From contig JAWKSL010000002.1 of the NCBI GenBank assembly GCA_041389085.1, positions 14,556 through 78,555 on the forward strand: DNA of 64,000 nucleotides, in the 5' to 3' direction. The notes beneath the pieces were generated by a model that was given only the letters and a program-made list of their open reading frames with translations, was not told the DNA's origin and did not search any database. Source of the stretch: Minisyncoccota bacterium (GTDB taxonomy: Bacteria; Patescibacteriota; Minisyncoccia; UBA6257; 1-14-0-10-44-23). This document shows, in pieces, positions 1-10,348 of the stretch (the stretch's first letter is position 1; the number at the start of each line of letters is the position of its first letter). Position numbers and translations under genes: made by a program.

Positions 1-1471
1 CATAGGGTTTAACCCCCTTGAGGTGACCAACCCAGAGCACAAGCACTTGGTAGCGAGTGGTTTGATGGGAATCTTTACCAAAATTTGGGCAAACGTATGG
101 TCTGCTCGAATGGAATACATCTTGAACAACGCTGTGCTCGCACTGCTTGATACTCCAGGATCAACACTTCTTGGTATAACGCGAATTTTGGTAGACAAAG
201 ACTACCGCCAAAAAGTTATAAACAACGTTAAAGACCCTGTTGTTCGTAGCTTTTGGGTAAACGAGTTTGAGGAGTGGCAGGACAAGTTTAGAAACGAAGC
301 TATCGCTCCTATTCAAAACAAGGTAGGGCAGTTTCTTTCTACTGCGCTGATTCGAAACGTTGTTGGCCAACCAACGAGCACTATCGACATATTCGATATG
401 ATGAACTCTAAGAAAATCTTTTTGGTAAACGTTTCTAAGGGGCGCATCGGAGAGGACAACAGCGCGCTGCTTGGAGCTATGCTTATCACTAAAATTCAGC
501 TTGCAGCGATGGAGCGCGTGCGCATCCTTGAAGAAGATAGAAAAGACTTCTATCTATATGTAGACGAGTTTCAAAACTTTGCTACCGATTCTTTCGCGAG
601 CGTACTTTCTGAGGCTCGTAAGTACCGACTTAACTTGATTATTGCTCACCAGTACGTTGGTCAGTTGGTTACTGATATGTCTACAAAAGTGCGCGACGCT
701 GTGTTTGGAAACGCGGGAACACTGATAACGTTTCGCGTTGGCGCAAGCGATGCAGAGTTTTTGGAAAAGGAATTTTCTCCAGAGTTTGATATTCAAGATA
801 TTGTAAACCTGCCAAACTACCACATTTATCTACGCCTTATGGTTGATGGAGTAAGTCGGCGCCCATTTTCAGCAAAGACTCTTCCGCCGTTTAAGCCTCC
901 TGTGCACGCTTTGACTGAACAGGAAATCATCGACCTTTCTCGCCAGCGCTATGCGCGAAACAGGCGTGATGTTGAAACTCTTATCAATAAATGGGCTGGG
1001 GGAGACGGAGCTGTTGAGGAAGGTGAATCTGGCAGCGCACCGGTAAAGCTGAAGAAAACAAAAGACGGTGAGTTCATAAAGGCGGCATGTAGCGTGCCAG
1101 GATGTGAGCGTGTGGCTAAACTGCGCTTTGCTCCAGACCCAAACAGGCCAGTTTACTGCTCTCCTCACCTTGAGGCTCTTGAAAACGGAGAGATAGAGCC
1201 GGTGAAAGTTCTTCGTGCTCCAAGTGAGGAGCGCCTAGAGCAGGCACTTGGTGGGTTGGCAGCACTTGGTATCGAATTTGAGCCAGGGAGTGGAAAGAGT
1301 AAGAAGAAAAAGAGAAAGCGAAGACGCGGTAAAAAGAAAGGAGGTGATAGACCGGCAGAAGTTTCTCTTTCAAGTCTTTCCTCGCCCGCAAATGAGAAGA
1401 AGGTAGCTGAGACAGATAAAAAAGAAGCTGTAGATAAAGAAGAGCTTCGAAAAATACTCTCAGGTGAATAA
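1..1471 (+). CDS. TraG/VirD4/TrwB-like (type IV secretion / conjugative coupling-protein-like) ATPase, C-terminal portion; 5'-partial at window edge; C-terminal Lys/Arg-rich tail and CxxC..C..H zinc-ribbon-like motif
   Basis: Open frame runs from nt 2 with no start codon. Motif block KDFYLYVDEFQNF...ARKYRLNLIIAHQYVGQL...FRVGA is nearly identical to the 808-aa ATPase at 39930..42356, its paralog in this window. Confidence 0.6.
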   Translation, partial: IGFNPLEVTNPEHKHLVASGLMGIFTKIWANVWSARMEYILNNAVLALLDTPGSTLLGITRILVDKDYRQKVINNVKDPVVRSFWVNEFEEWQDKFRNEAIAPIQNKVGQFLSTALIRNVVGQPTSTIDIFDMMNSKKIFLVNVSKGRIGEDNSALLGAMLITKIQLAAMERVRILEEDRKDFYLYVDEFQNFATDSFASVLSEARKYRLNLIIAHQYVGQLVTDMSTKVRDAVFGNAGTLITFRVGASDAEFLEKEFSPEFDIQDIVNLPNYHIYLRLMVDGVSRRPFSAKTLPPFKPPVHALTEQEIIDLSRQRYARNRRDVETLINKWAGGDGAVEEGESGSAPVKLKKTKDGEFIKAACSVPGCERVAKLRFAPDPNRPVYCSPHLEALENGEIEPVKVLRAPSEERLEQALGGLAALGIEFEPGSGKSKKKKRKRRRGKKKGGDRPAEVSLSSLSSPANEKKVAETDKKEAVDKEELRKILSGE

Positions 1472-1500
1472 AAATACCGCCCACTGGGCGGTATTTTACT
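1472..1500. terminator. bidirectional rho-independent terminator hairpin (ataccgcccactgggcggtat + T-run) between convergent genes
   Basis: Perfect inverted repeat followed by TTTT, located between the stop codons of the + ORF and the - strand efp. Confidence 0.5.
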
Positions 1501-2083
1501 AGATTGCTTCTTTGCCTTTTTCTACTCGAGTATCGTATTCACCAGTTTGAGTGTTCACGCGGATTATGTCTCCTACGTTTATGTGGAGCGGTACGTTTAC
1601 CTTTGCTCCTGTTTCAAGCATTGCTACTTTGTTTCCTCCACTTACGGTGTTTCCTTTTATGCTTGGCGGAGTTTCGGTTACCTTTAGGTCCATCTTTACT
1701 GGCACTTCAACAGAGATAACTTCACCGTTGAATTTAAGCGCAGTGATCATTTCGTTTTGCTTGATAAAGCGCACTTGTTCTTCTACTGACTCGGCTGGGA
1801 GTTCGAAGCGCTTTGATGGGTCGTCTTTTTTACAGAACCAGAACTGCCCACGGTTGTTGTAGAGGTATTTTATTTCCTCCTTCTCCATATCGGCTTCCTC
1901 AAAGGTTTCGTTCATGTGGAAGTTTCTCTGAAGCACCTTTCCGCTGATAAGGTTTTTCATTTCGGTCTGCATAACAGGCTTTCTTTGCTGCTTTCTCAAG
2001 AAAGCTGCGTTGATAACGAGGTATGGCTGACCTTCGTATACAAACACAACTCCTGGTTTTAGTTCTGAATATGATAGTGACAT
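1499..2083 (-). CDS. efp: elongation factor P
   Basis: Translation MSLSYSELKPGVVFVYEGQPYLV...GDIIRVNTQTGEYDTRV matches EF-P over its full length (195 aa). Start reassigned to the internal ATG at 2083; the ORF-track start at 2257 would give a non-homologous extension. Confidence 0.9.
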   Translation of the reverse strand: MSLSYSELKPGVVFVYEGQPYLVINAAFLRKQQRKPVMQTEMKNLISGKVLQRNFHMNETFEEADMEKEEIKYLYNNRGQFWFCKKDDPSKRFELPAESVEEQVRFIKQNEMITALKFNGEVISVEVPVKMDLKVTETPPSIKGNTVSGGNKVAMLETGAKVNVPLHINVGDIIRVNTQTGEYDTRVEKGKEAI

Positions 2084-2149
2084 ATTGTTATTTAGCTTAT
2101 AGCATATAGTAAATGAGTCGCTGGCATGTTGTAAATAGGCTCTCTTTTT

Positions 2150-3196
2150 ATGAAAAAAAGTTCTAAAACAGTTTTCGTTGGTCTTTCTGGAGGCGTAGAC
2201 TCTTCTGTGGCGGCTTTTTTGTTGCAAAAAGAAGGCTACAACGTAGTGGGGGTACACATTCGCTGCTTCAACGTAGACGGCTGCGCTGAAGACGACGCTG
2301 AAGATGCGCGGCGCGTTGCAGAAACGCTTGGGATACCGTTTTATGTTTTCGATTTTGAAAAGGAGTATAAGGAGATGGTGGTTGAATACATGGTGGCAGG
2401 CTACAAGCAGGGTATAACGCCAAATCCAGATGTGATGTGCAACTTAGAAATAAAGTTTGGGCTTTTTTACCGACGTGCTTTGCGTATGGGTGCTGACTAT
2501 GTAGCAACTGGGCACTATGCGCGCACTGATGGTGCACACCTTCTTTCAGGGCTTGATAAAGAGAAGGACCAGACATACTTCCTCTGGCGCGTTGGTGCTT
2601 CTCAACTGCCGCACATTCTTTTCCCACTTGGTGGTTTGCAGAAAGGAAAGGTTCGCGAGATAGCGAAAAAAGCGAGGCTTCATACTGCGACTAAGAAAGA
2701 CTCTCAGGGTGTGTGTTTTCTTGGAGAAATAAGTTTGCCAGAATTTTTGGCAACATTTATCCCGCAGAAAAAAGGGAGAGTGCTTGGCGCAGATGGAAGC
2801 GTGCTTGGCTCGCACAAAGGGGTACACAATTTTACGATAGGGCAAAGACACGGGCTTGGTATCGGTGGGTTTGCAAGCGCACAGTACGTGCTTCAGAAAG
2901 ATTTGGAAAACAACACTGTCGTGATCGGTGGGGCAGACGATGAACGAGCGTTTCGCAAAGAAATTTTTCTTATCGATATAAATGAGCTTACTGCTTTTAA
3001 AAACAATCAGGCAGTTTTAGTACGCTTTCGCTACCGCCAGCCTTTGATTAAAGCGCGAATAAAAAAAGCGAATGGGCACACTTCGATTGTTTTCGATACA
3101 CCGCAGCGGTTTATCGCTGAGGGACAGAGCGCTGTTTTGTATGACTTAAAGGGGAATAAGGTTTTTGGGGGAGGGATAATTGCGAGAACAGAATAA
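2150..3196 (+). CDS. mnmA: tRNA-specific 2-thiouridylase MnmA
   Basis: N-terminal PP-loop VFVGLSGGVDSSVAA, catalytic Cys region and 348-aa length fit MnmA. Confidence 0.9.
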   Translation: MKKSSKTVFVGLSGGVDSSVAAFLLQKEGYNVVGVHIRCFNVDGCAEDDAEDARRVAETLGIPFYVFDFEKEYKEMVVEYMVAGYKQGITPNPDVMCNLEIKFGLFYRRALRMGADYVATGHYARTDGAHLLSGLDKEKDQTYFLWRVGASQLPHILFPLGGLQKGKVREIAKKARLHTATKKDSQGVCFLGEISLPEFLATFIPQKKGRVLGADGSVLGSHKGVHNFTIGQRHGLGIGGFASAQYVLQKDLENNTVVIGGADDERAFRKEIFLIDINELTAFKNNQAVLVRFRYRQPLIKARIKKANGHTSIVFDTPQRFIAEGQSAVLYDLKGNKVFGGGIIARTE

Positions 3197-3634
3197 TGAA
3201 TTAAGAATACAGAATCAGGAATGATTTTAGATGTTAGATTTTGGATTTTAGAATATAGTCCTAGAGTAAGAATAATGAATAAAGAATAACCACGTCACCG
3301 CTTCAAACATAAATATAAACGCGATTTCCTACAAGTTTACCTCTATGATCGATCATAGAGGTAAGAGGGGGCTTTCGAGCGTAAAACTACGCGAAGAGGA
3401 AGAGGTGATTTTTTTGAAGATAAAAAGAAGAAACCCCGCACTCTGCCGTTGGCAAAGCGCGGGGCTCGAACTAGTGAAGGTGGGGGAAACCTCTTGGAGA
3501 AAAGGGGAAATTCGTGTGGAATGAGAAGGAGGTTTGACGCTATTGAGCAACCCCCACCTTCTCTATCATTATAACATATACGCTATATTTGTCAATAGGT
3601 AGGGATTTGGGGTGGTTTTGGTATGATTTAGATA

Positions 3635-5032
3635 GTGAATTTGGCTCATAGGTTTTTTGTAGCCTTAGTTTTGTTTTTGTGCGGAGTTTTTGTTGCTAGT
3701 TTTCTATCTCAATGGGGCAGTGCCCCTCTTTTTATATTAATTTTGAGTATTCTTCTTGCAGCGCTTTGCTATTTCTTTTCGTTGAGGTGGATGGCTATTC
3801 TGTTTATATTCTTCCTTCTCGGTGGTCAGTACTACCTTTTTGACGATAGGGCGTATCGGGCAAAGGAAATTGATTTTTCTAGTACTGAGTTTTCTGGCGA
3901 AGTTGTGCGGTATGAATATAAGCTTCGCAGCCAGGAGTTTGATGTTGTTTTAGATAGTGGCGCTAAGGTGCGTGTATATAGTGGCGTGGCTCCAAAGGTT
4001 TTTTATAAAGATAGAGTTTCTTTGTTTGGAGAAGCCTTGCCCCTTTCTTCTAATAGTGTGCGGTACTTTGAAAAGGAGGGAGTGAGTGCGACTATGGCTT
4101 TCCCTGAAGTGTCCATTTTAGGCTCCTCAGATTCTTTCCTTGGCGGTTTGTACAAATTTTCTGATCTCGTTTCTGCCCGCTTTGATCGATTTATTGGCGG
4201 GCAGGCTGGTGCGTTTATGGCTGGTATAACCTTAGGGACTGACTCTCGATTTTCTTCTGATCTTAAGCGTAAACTTTCTCTTACGGGTACTACGCATATC
4301 GTTGCTCTTTCGGGATACAACATTAGCATTATCGCCCTTTCTATTTCTTTATTAGCTTCTCGCTTTCTAAGATTGCGCGGAGCGTTTATTGCAAGCGTGG
4401 TTGCTATCTGTTTGTTTGTGCTTATGACTGGGGCGAGTGCAAGTGTGGTGAGGGCGGGGATAATGGGCATGCTAGTACTTTTGGCAAACCAGTTGGGTCG
4501 AGTTTACTCACTTCGAAACGCAATCGCCTTTAGCGCATTTTTGATGGTGCTTGTTAACCCTAAAGTTCTTGTGTTTGACCTTGGGTTTCAGCTCTCATTT
4601 TTAGCACTTATTGGAATAGTGTATTTTTCTCCGGTGATTAAAGGAGTGCTTGGGTTTGCTTCCGACAAAATTTCTATTGTGAAGGAAAGCTTAGCTATGA
4701 CTCTTGCTGCTCAGCTTGCGGTGATGCCACTGATTCTTTTCCAGTTTGGCTTTGTTCCAGTTTTTTCTATCTTTGCCAACGTACTCATTCTTACTTTTAT
4801 CCCACTTACTATGCTTTTGGGGCTTTTTATCTTTCTATTTAGTTTTCTGTCTGCATATTTGGCAGAATTTTTTGGATTACTTAGCCGAATAATTATAGGC
4901 TATATATTTTTCGTGATCGATTTCTTTTCTCGCTTCAGCGTGCAACTTGAGCTTGGATTTTTCTCTATCGTGTTTATGATTGCTTCATTCACCGGGCTAT
5001 TTATGGTTTTATATAAACAACGCAGTATATGA
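3635..5032 (+). CDS. comEC: ComEC/Rec2 family DNA-uptake channel, membrane (competence) domain
   Basis: Polytopic membrane protein carrying the LSLTGTTHIVALSGYNISI competence-domain motif. GTG start. Confidence 0.8.
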   Translation: MNLAHRFFVALVLFLCGVFVASFLSQWGSAPLFILILSILLAALCYFFSLRWMAILFIFFLLGGQYYLFDDRAYRAKEIDFSSTEFSGEVVRYEYKLRSQEFDVVLDSGAKVRVYSGVAPKVFYKDRVSLFGEALPLSSNSVRYFEKEGVSATMAFPEVSILGSSDSFLGGLYKFSDLVSARFDRFIGGQAGAFMAGITLGTDSRFSSDLKRKLSLTGTTHIVALSGYNISIIALSISLLASRFLRLRGAFIASVVAICLFVLMTGASASVVRAGIMGMLVLLANQLGRVYSLRNAIAFSAFLMVLVNPKVLVFDLGFQLSFLALIGIVYFSPVIKGVLGFASDKISIVKESLAMTLAAQLAVMPLILFQFGFVPVFSIFANVLILTFIPLTMLLGLFIFLFSFLSAYLAEFFGLLSRIIIGYIFFVIDFFSRFSVQLELGFFSIVFMIASFTGLFMVLYKQRSI

Positions 5033-5883
5033 GCGAACGAGGGAAGAAAATTGTATTTTTTAGCATTCTAGCTATAGCGCTTCTTTTTGACTTTTTCTTG
5101 TGGAAGAAAATATTTACTCTGCATGGAGCTTCGTCGCTTGAGGTTTATTTTCTCAATGTTGGGCAAGGGGATAGCACGCTTGTGCGGTTTCCTTCGGGCG
5201 CAACTATGCTTGTAGACGCTGGTCGGCCTGGCTCTTTAAACTTGGGTGAGCTCAATTCTTTTCTTTCCGGTGGCTATATTGACCTTATTGTTATGAGTCA
5301 TCCTGACTTAGACCATTTTGGAGGTATTGTAGACGTCATTAATACTTTCAAGGTTGGGGCTTTTGTGAGCTCTGGTCGAAAGTCTGATGGGGCTGAGTTT
5401 TTGGAGCTTCAGGATGCTCTCGAGGAGTCTGGCGTTGCTTCTATTGTTGTGAATGAAGGAGATGCTTTCCGTATTGATAACAATACGGTTGCAGTTTTGG
5501 CCCCTTCTTTTTCTGAAGCCTTGTCTGGAGAACAAAACGACTCTTCGGTGGTTTTGTATGTCGATACTGAAGGTTTGGACGTTTTGATTATGGGCGATGC
5601 GAGTACCGCAGTTGAAGAGCGGCTTGTAAGTGAATACGACGTAAAGGTAGACGTGCTTCGCGTTGGGCACCACGGATCCGATACAAGTTCTTCTGAGAAG
5701 TTTCTTCTTGAAGCCTTTCCTGCCTTTTCTATTATCTCGGTTGGCGAAAATTCTTATGGACACCCAACGAGTGAGGTGCTTAGAAGACTTATGTCGGTAA
5801 GCCGTGTATTTCGTACTGATGAGAGGGGTACGTTGCTTGTACGCGAGGCGCATGGAGAGGTTGAAGTGCTTAAGGCACGCTAG
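5029..5883 (+). CDS. MBL-fold metallo-hydrolase, ComEC C-terminal lactamase-like domain, encoded as a separate ORF with an N-terminal TM anchor
   Basis: Motifs HPDLDHFGG and VGHHGS (metallo-beta-lactamase fold). Overlaps the upstream ComEC ORF by 4 bp (ATGA). Confidence 0.75.
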   Translation: MSERGKKIVFFSILAIALLFDFFLWKKIFTLHGASSLEVYFLNVGQGDSTLVRFPSGATMLVDAGRPGSLNLGELNSFLSGGYIDLIVMSHPDLDHFGGIVDVINTFKVGAFVSSGRKSDGAEFLELQDALEESGVASIVVNEGDAFRIDNNTVAVLAPSFSEALSGEQNDSSVVLYVDTEGLDVLIMGDASTAVEERLVSEYDVKVDVLRVGHHGSDTSSSEKFLLEAFPAFSIISVGENSYGHPTSEVLRRLMSVSRVFRTDERGTLLVREAHGEVEVLKAR

Positions 5884-5924
5884 CTCTTCACGAGAAGGGG
5901 CTTTCTTGATACTCTAGGGCTTAT

Positions 5925-7316
5925 ATGAGAACTCTTATAAAAGAGACTGTTTCAAAGGTAGGCGAGACTGTGGAGCTTCAAGGCTGGATCGACAGTAGGC
6001 GAGACCACGGAAAGCTTATCTTTTTAGATATCCGCGACCGCAGCGGGGTAATTCAGGCCGTAGTAACTCCGAAAAGCGCTGCTTACGATAGCGCTCAAGC
6101 ACTGCGCGATGAATGGGTAGTGTCTGTAAAAGCTGAGATAAAGGAGCGCCCTGAGAAAATGGTAAACAAAGACCTTGCGACTGGTACGGTAGAGGCTTCT
6201 ATTGTTGAACTTACTATTTTAAATGAAAGCGAGACTCCACCAATTCCTGTACACGGAAGCGGACACGACATTGGAGAAGAGGCACGCCTCAAGTACCGCT
6301 ACATAGACCTTCGCCGTGAAAGAATGCAGCGGAACATTCGTTTGCGATCTGAACTCATCGATCGATGCCGACAATTTTTGTTTAAGCGCGACTTTGTGGA
6401 AATCGAAACTCCTATGCTTACTAAGAGCACTGCAGAGGGGAGTCGAGACTTTGTAGTCCCAAGCCGACTTCACCAAGGAAAGTTTTTTGCACTTCCTCAG
6501 AGCCCTCAGCAGTACAAGCAGCTTTTGATGACTGCTGGATTTGAGCGCTACTTCCAAATAGCTCGTTGTATTCGCGATGAAGACTTGCGCGCAGACCGTG
6601 GATTTGAACACACACAGCTCGACATGGAGGTGAGCTTTGTTGATCGCGAAGACGTACTCAACCTTGATGAGGAAATGATAACTACCGTAGTAGAGGCTAT
6701 GGGCTACACTATAAAGGAGAAGCCGTTTCCTCGCATAAGCTACAAGGAGGCGATGGAGAAATATGGGGCCGACAAGTTCGATATGCGTAGCGAGGAGGAC
6801 AAGAAAAATGGAGTACTCGCGTTTGCATGGGTTGTTGACTTCCCATTCTTTGAGAAGAATGAAGAAGGAGGGTGGACGTTTTCTCACAACCCGTTTTCTG
6901 CAGTACTTCCTGAGAGCCTTGATGATTTGATGGCAGGGAAGAATATAGAAAACATTATTTCTTCTCAATACGACCTTGTATGCAACGGGTTTGAAGTAGG
7001 AGGAGGAAGTGTGCGTGCTCACAAGCCAGAGTGGCTTACTGCAGCGCTTAAGATAATGGGATTTTCAGATGAAAAGATAGAAGCTGAGTACGGACACATG
7101 CTTCAAGCGTTTCGGCTTGGAACTCCGCCACACGGAGGGCTTGCTCACGGTATCGAGCGACTCGCTATGATACTTGCTGGTGAGGAATACTTGAGAGAAG
7201 TGCAGGCGTTTCCTCAAAGCAGTAGTGGGCGCACTGCAGTTATGGACGCTCCAACTGAGCTTGACGCTAAGCAGTTAAAGGAATTAGGTTTAGAAATAAA
7301 AAAACAAAAGAAATAG
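5925..7316 (+). CDS. aspS: aspartate--tRNA ligase, compact bacterial type lacking the GAD insertion
   Basis: Class II aaRS motifs LPQSPQQYKQLLM, FQIARCIRDEDLRADRGFEHTQLDME and GGGSVR; 463 aa. Confidence 0.85.
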   Translation: MRTLIKETVSKVGETVELQGWIDSRRDHGKLIFLDIRDRSGVIQAVVTPKSAAYDSAQALRDEWVVSVKAEIKERPEKMVNKDLATGTVEASIVELTILNESETPPIPVHGSGHDIGEEARLKYRYIDLRRERMQRNIRLRSELIDRCRQFLFKRDFVEIETPMLTKSTAEGSRDFVVPSRLHQGKFFALPQSPQQYKQLLMTAGFERYFQIARCIRDEDLRADRGFEHTQLDMEVSFVDREDVLNLDEEMITTVVEAMGYTIKEKPFPRISYKEAMEKYGADKFDMRSEEDKKNGVLAFAWVVDFPFFEKNEEGGWTFSHNPFSAVLPESLDDLMAGKNIENIISSQYDLVCNGFEVGGGSVRAHKPEWLTAALKIMGFSDEKIEAEYGHMLQAFRLGTPPHGGLAHGIERLAMILAGEEYLREVQAFPQSSSGRTAVMDAPTELDAKQLKELGLEIKKQKK

Positions 7317-7317
7317 T

Positions 7318-7797
7318 ATGAATCACCCAAAAGAAGAGAGAACACTAGTGCTTATAAAGCCTGACGCTATGCAGCGTGCTTTGCTCGGAGAAATTGTACA
7401 CCGCTTTGAGCGCAAGGGGCTTAAGATAATCGGTATGAAAATGGTTAGTATGAGCGACGCTCTTACTAAGAGCCACTACGAAAAGCTTGCTGATAAGCCA
7501 TTTTTTGAAGGACTTAAGAACTTTATGCAATCAAGCCCAGTAGTGGCTATGGTGCTTTCTGGAATTAACGCGGTTACCATTACCCGCACTCTTCTTGGGC
7601 CAACTAAGGGGTATGAAGCTCCAGCTGGCACAATCCGTGGAGACTTCGCTATGAGCATGCAGAGCAACCTTTGCCACGCAAGCGACCCAGAGGAAGATCC
7701 AGAGGCTGAGGTGAAGCGATTTTTCACTGATGAGGAGCTTTTCTCATATAAAAAGATCAACTTCGACATTCTTCACAGCCCAGACGAGCGAGAGTAG
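7318..7797 (+). CDS. ndk: nucleoside diphosphate kinase with a C-terminal extension
   Basis: ERTLVLIKPDAMQRALLGEIVHRFERKGLKIIGMKM and the active-site region HASD. Confidence 0.9.
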   Translation: MNHPKEERTLVLIKPDAMQRALLGEIVHRFERKGLKIIGMKMVSMSDALTKSHYEKLADKPFFEGLKNFMQSSPVVAMVLSGINAVTITRTLLGPTKGYEAPAGTIRGDFAMSMQSNLCHASDPEEDPEAEVKRFFTDEELFSYKKINFDILHSPDERE

Positions 7798-8312
7798 TAA
7801 GAATTTTTACTCCTCAACGTCTAATGATATACTGAGAGTAATCCCGCTCTGAAGTTTTTCTACAACTTTTGGCATCGGGATGGCAAATTGCTGCAAACCG
7901 TGGTTTGCTAGCTGAGCTAACCCACCTAGTTCTTACTAGGATTGCTGATGAGCGGGGTTCTTTTAGTTCTAGCCCCTTCTTAATGCAAAGTTCCTATACA
8001 TTCAAAATTGCTTCGATTTGCATTTCTTTCGCTCACTGTAGCTTTTCAGCCACTATCTCGCTCAAGAAATACAAATCTAAACAATTTTGCTAGCGAATAG
8101 CATTTCTTGCTCAAGAAGGAGCTAGAACTTCTTCGGGGAGTAGGCGCCAGCTGGCAGTTTTTCTTTTTATTGCTTTGTTCTCGCTTTTAACTTAGATTTT
8201 ATATACATGAATAGCGATTTATCTCGTATTCGAAATTTCAGTATCATAGCTCACCCCGATATACTCGCGCCAAGTCAAGCTTGGCTCGCCACGGGGCAGG
8301 CATAGACCATTT

Positions 8313-10109
8313 ATGAGTAACATTAGGAACTTCTCAATAATTGCCCATATCGATCATGGTAAGTCGACTTTAGCCGATAGAATGCTTGAGCTTACGAAGA
8401 CTGTTGAGGCGCGCAAAATGCAGGCGCAGCTTTTGGATAGTATGGATTTGGAGCGTGAGCGTGGAATTACCATCAAAATGGCTCCGGTCCGCATGGATTT
8501 TGAACACAAGGGCGACAACTTTATACTCAATCTTATCGATACTCCAGGGCACAGCGACTTTGGCTACGAAGTAAGCCGCGCTATGGCTGCTGTTGAGGGA
8601 GCGATTCTCTTAGTAGATGCGACGCAGGGAATACAGGCGCAAACTTTGGCGAACTTTGAAAACGCCAAAAAAGCAGGACTCACTATGATAGGAGTGGTAA
8701 ATAAAGTAGACGTTGCAAGCGAGACTCAGGTTGATAGTGCAATTCTTGACCTTGCAGACCTTCTTGGCCAGGACACAGACGACATAATTAAAGCGAGTGG
8801 AAAGACGGGGCTTGGAGTTATGGAACTTCTTGAGCGTATCGTTGCTGTTGTGCCAGCTCCAAAAGAGCAAGAATTTCCAAAGAAAGCAGGCCGCGCCCTT
8901 ATTTTCGATTCTCAGTACGATGAGCACCGCGGCATCATCGCTTTTGTGCGCGTATTTTCAGGCAGTTTTAATTTGAACGGTGACTACGGGTTTGTGGCTA
9001 CTGGCGCAAAGTTTAAGGCAAAAGATATAGGATATTTGCGCCCTGACTTTGTGACTGCTGAAACTTTGCATAATGGAGAAATAGGGTACATAGCGACTGG
9101 CATAAAAGACCCAGACGCTCTTTCTATCGGAGACACAGTATCTGAGGTGCTTGAGCCTGAAGTTGCTCTTCCTGGCTACAAGCCGATAAAGCCAGTAGTG
9201 TTTGTAAGCTTTTATCCTGAGGATGCGAGCTACTACGACGACTTTGTAAAAGCGCTTTCAAAGCTGCGCCTTTCTGACAGCGCGCTTACTTTCGAGCCAG
9301 ACAAGAGCGAAGTTTTAGGCCGTGGGTTTAAGGGTGGTTTTCTTGGGCGGCTTCACTTTGAAATTGTGAGCGAGCGTATCGAGCGCGAGTTCGATATCGA
9401 AACTATTTCTTCTTTCCCTTCTGTAGCGTATCGCGTGCGCGTAAAGGGAGACGATGATTGGATGGTGGTAAACAATCCAAAAGATTTTCCAGACGAGTAT
9501 CTAGAGGTAGAAGAGCCTATAACTGCCATTGAGGTGCTCACTAAGCCTGAGTACATGGGAGCAATTTTAGGACTTTCTGATTTGTATAGACTCAGCGATA
9601 TAGAAACGGTAAACGTTGGTTTTGATAGAGTGAAAATTTCAGCTAAGCTGCCACTCGCTGACCTTATTTCTGACTTTGATGACAAACTTAAGAGCGTATC
9701 TGCTGGGTTTGGATCTTTGTCTTACGAAGTTGTTGGCTATGCGAAGGGCAAGCTCGATAAGATGGAAATACTGCTTGCTGAAAACGTCGTTCCTGGGCTT
9801 ACGCGCATACTTCCTGTAGAAGACATTCCTTATGAAGCTCGTAAGACTACGGAGAAGCTTAAAGACCTGCTTCCTAAGCTTCAGTTTAAGCAGGCTATTC
9901 AAGCGCGCTACCGCGGGCGCATTATTGCACGCGAAACTTTGCCTGCGCTTAAGAAAGACGTAACCGGATATTTGTATGGAGGAGACAGAACTCGAAAGAT
10001 GAAACTTTGGAAGAAGCAGCAAAGAGGAAAGGAGAAGCTCAAGGAGCGCGGTGTTGGCAGTGGGGTGAGTGTACCAGCCGATGTGTTTAAGGAGCTGCTT
10101 AAAAAGTAG
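8313..10109 (+). CDS. lepA: translation elongation factor 4 (LepA)
   Basis: IRNFSIIAHIDHGKSTLADR G-domain, 598 aa and characteristic C-terminal domain. Confidence 0.95.
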   Translation: MSNIRNFSIIAHIDHGKSTLADRMLELTKTVEARKMQAQLLDSMDLERERGITIKMAPVRMDFEHKGDNFILNLIDTPGHSDFGYEVSRAMAAVEGAILLVDATQGIQAQTLANFENAKKAGLTMIGVVNKVDVASETQVDSAILDLADLLGQDTDDIIKASGKTGLGVMELLERIVAVVPAPKEQEFPKKAGRALIFDSQYDEHRGIIAFVRVFSGSFNLNGDYGFVATGAKFKAKDIGYLRPDFVTAETLHNGEIGYIATGIKDPDALSIGDTVSEVLEPEVALPGYKPIKPVVFVSFYPEDASYYDDFVKALSKLRLSDSALTFEPDKSEVLGRGFKGGFLGRLHFEIVSERIEREFDIETISSFPSVAYRVRVKGDDDWMVVNNPKDFPDEYLEVEEPITAIEVLTKPEYMGAILGLSDLYRLSDIETVNVGFDRVKISAKLPLADLISDFDDKLKSVSAGFGSLSYEVVGYAKGKLDKMEILLAENVVPGLTRILPVEDIPYEARKTTEKLKDLLPKLQFKQAIQARYRGRIIARETLPALKKDVTGYLYGGDRTRKMKLWKKQQRGKEKLKERGVGSGVSVPADVFKELLKK

Positions 10110-10170
10110 ACTAGAACCCCTCTAGAGTTATCTCTAGAGATAACTCTAGAAGATTGCTACGTAATTTAAT

Positions 10171-10206
10171 AAGCCAACAGTCATGCATGACTGTTGGCTT
10201 ATTCGG
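10171..10206. terminator. perfect palindrome aagccaacagtcatg/catgactgttggctt followed by a T-rich run; probable lepA terminator. A second palindrome lies at 10113..10145.
   Basis: 15-bp perfect inverted repeat. Confidence 0.5.
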
Positions 10207-10348
10207 TTGGGGCGCCTGAGTGCAGCCTCGGTTGCCCCGCAGGTGTCGCACTTCCAGCAGGCGCCGCAGCGTTGCACGGATCTTGCGCCACAGCTCAGGC
10301 GCTTTTTCACGGGTTTTGGTCTTCCGGCATGATTGCCTCCTTCTGAAT

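Noticed and set aside
4003-4470. Minus-strand ORFs inside long plus-strand genes, for example 4003..4470, 6219..7022, 13222..13761, 25583..26200, 33918..34250, 34491..34955, 36105..36596 and 37162..37635
   Set aside because: These are antisense shadow ORFs within conserved or strongly coding genes. They have low-complexity translations and no RBS.
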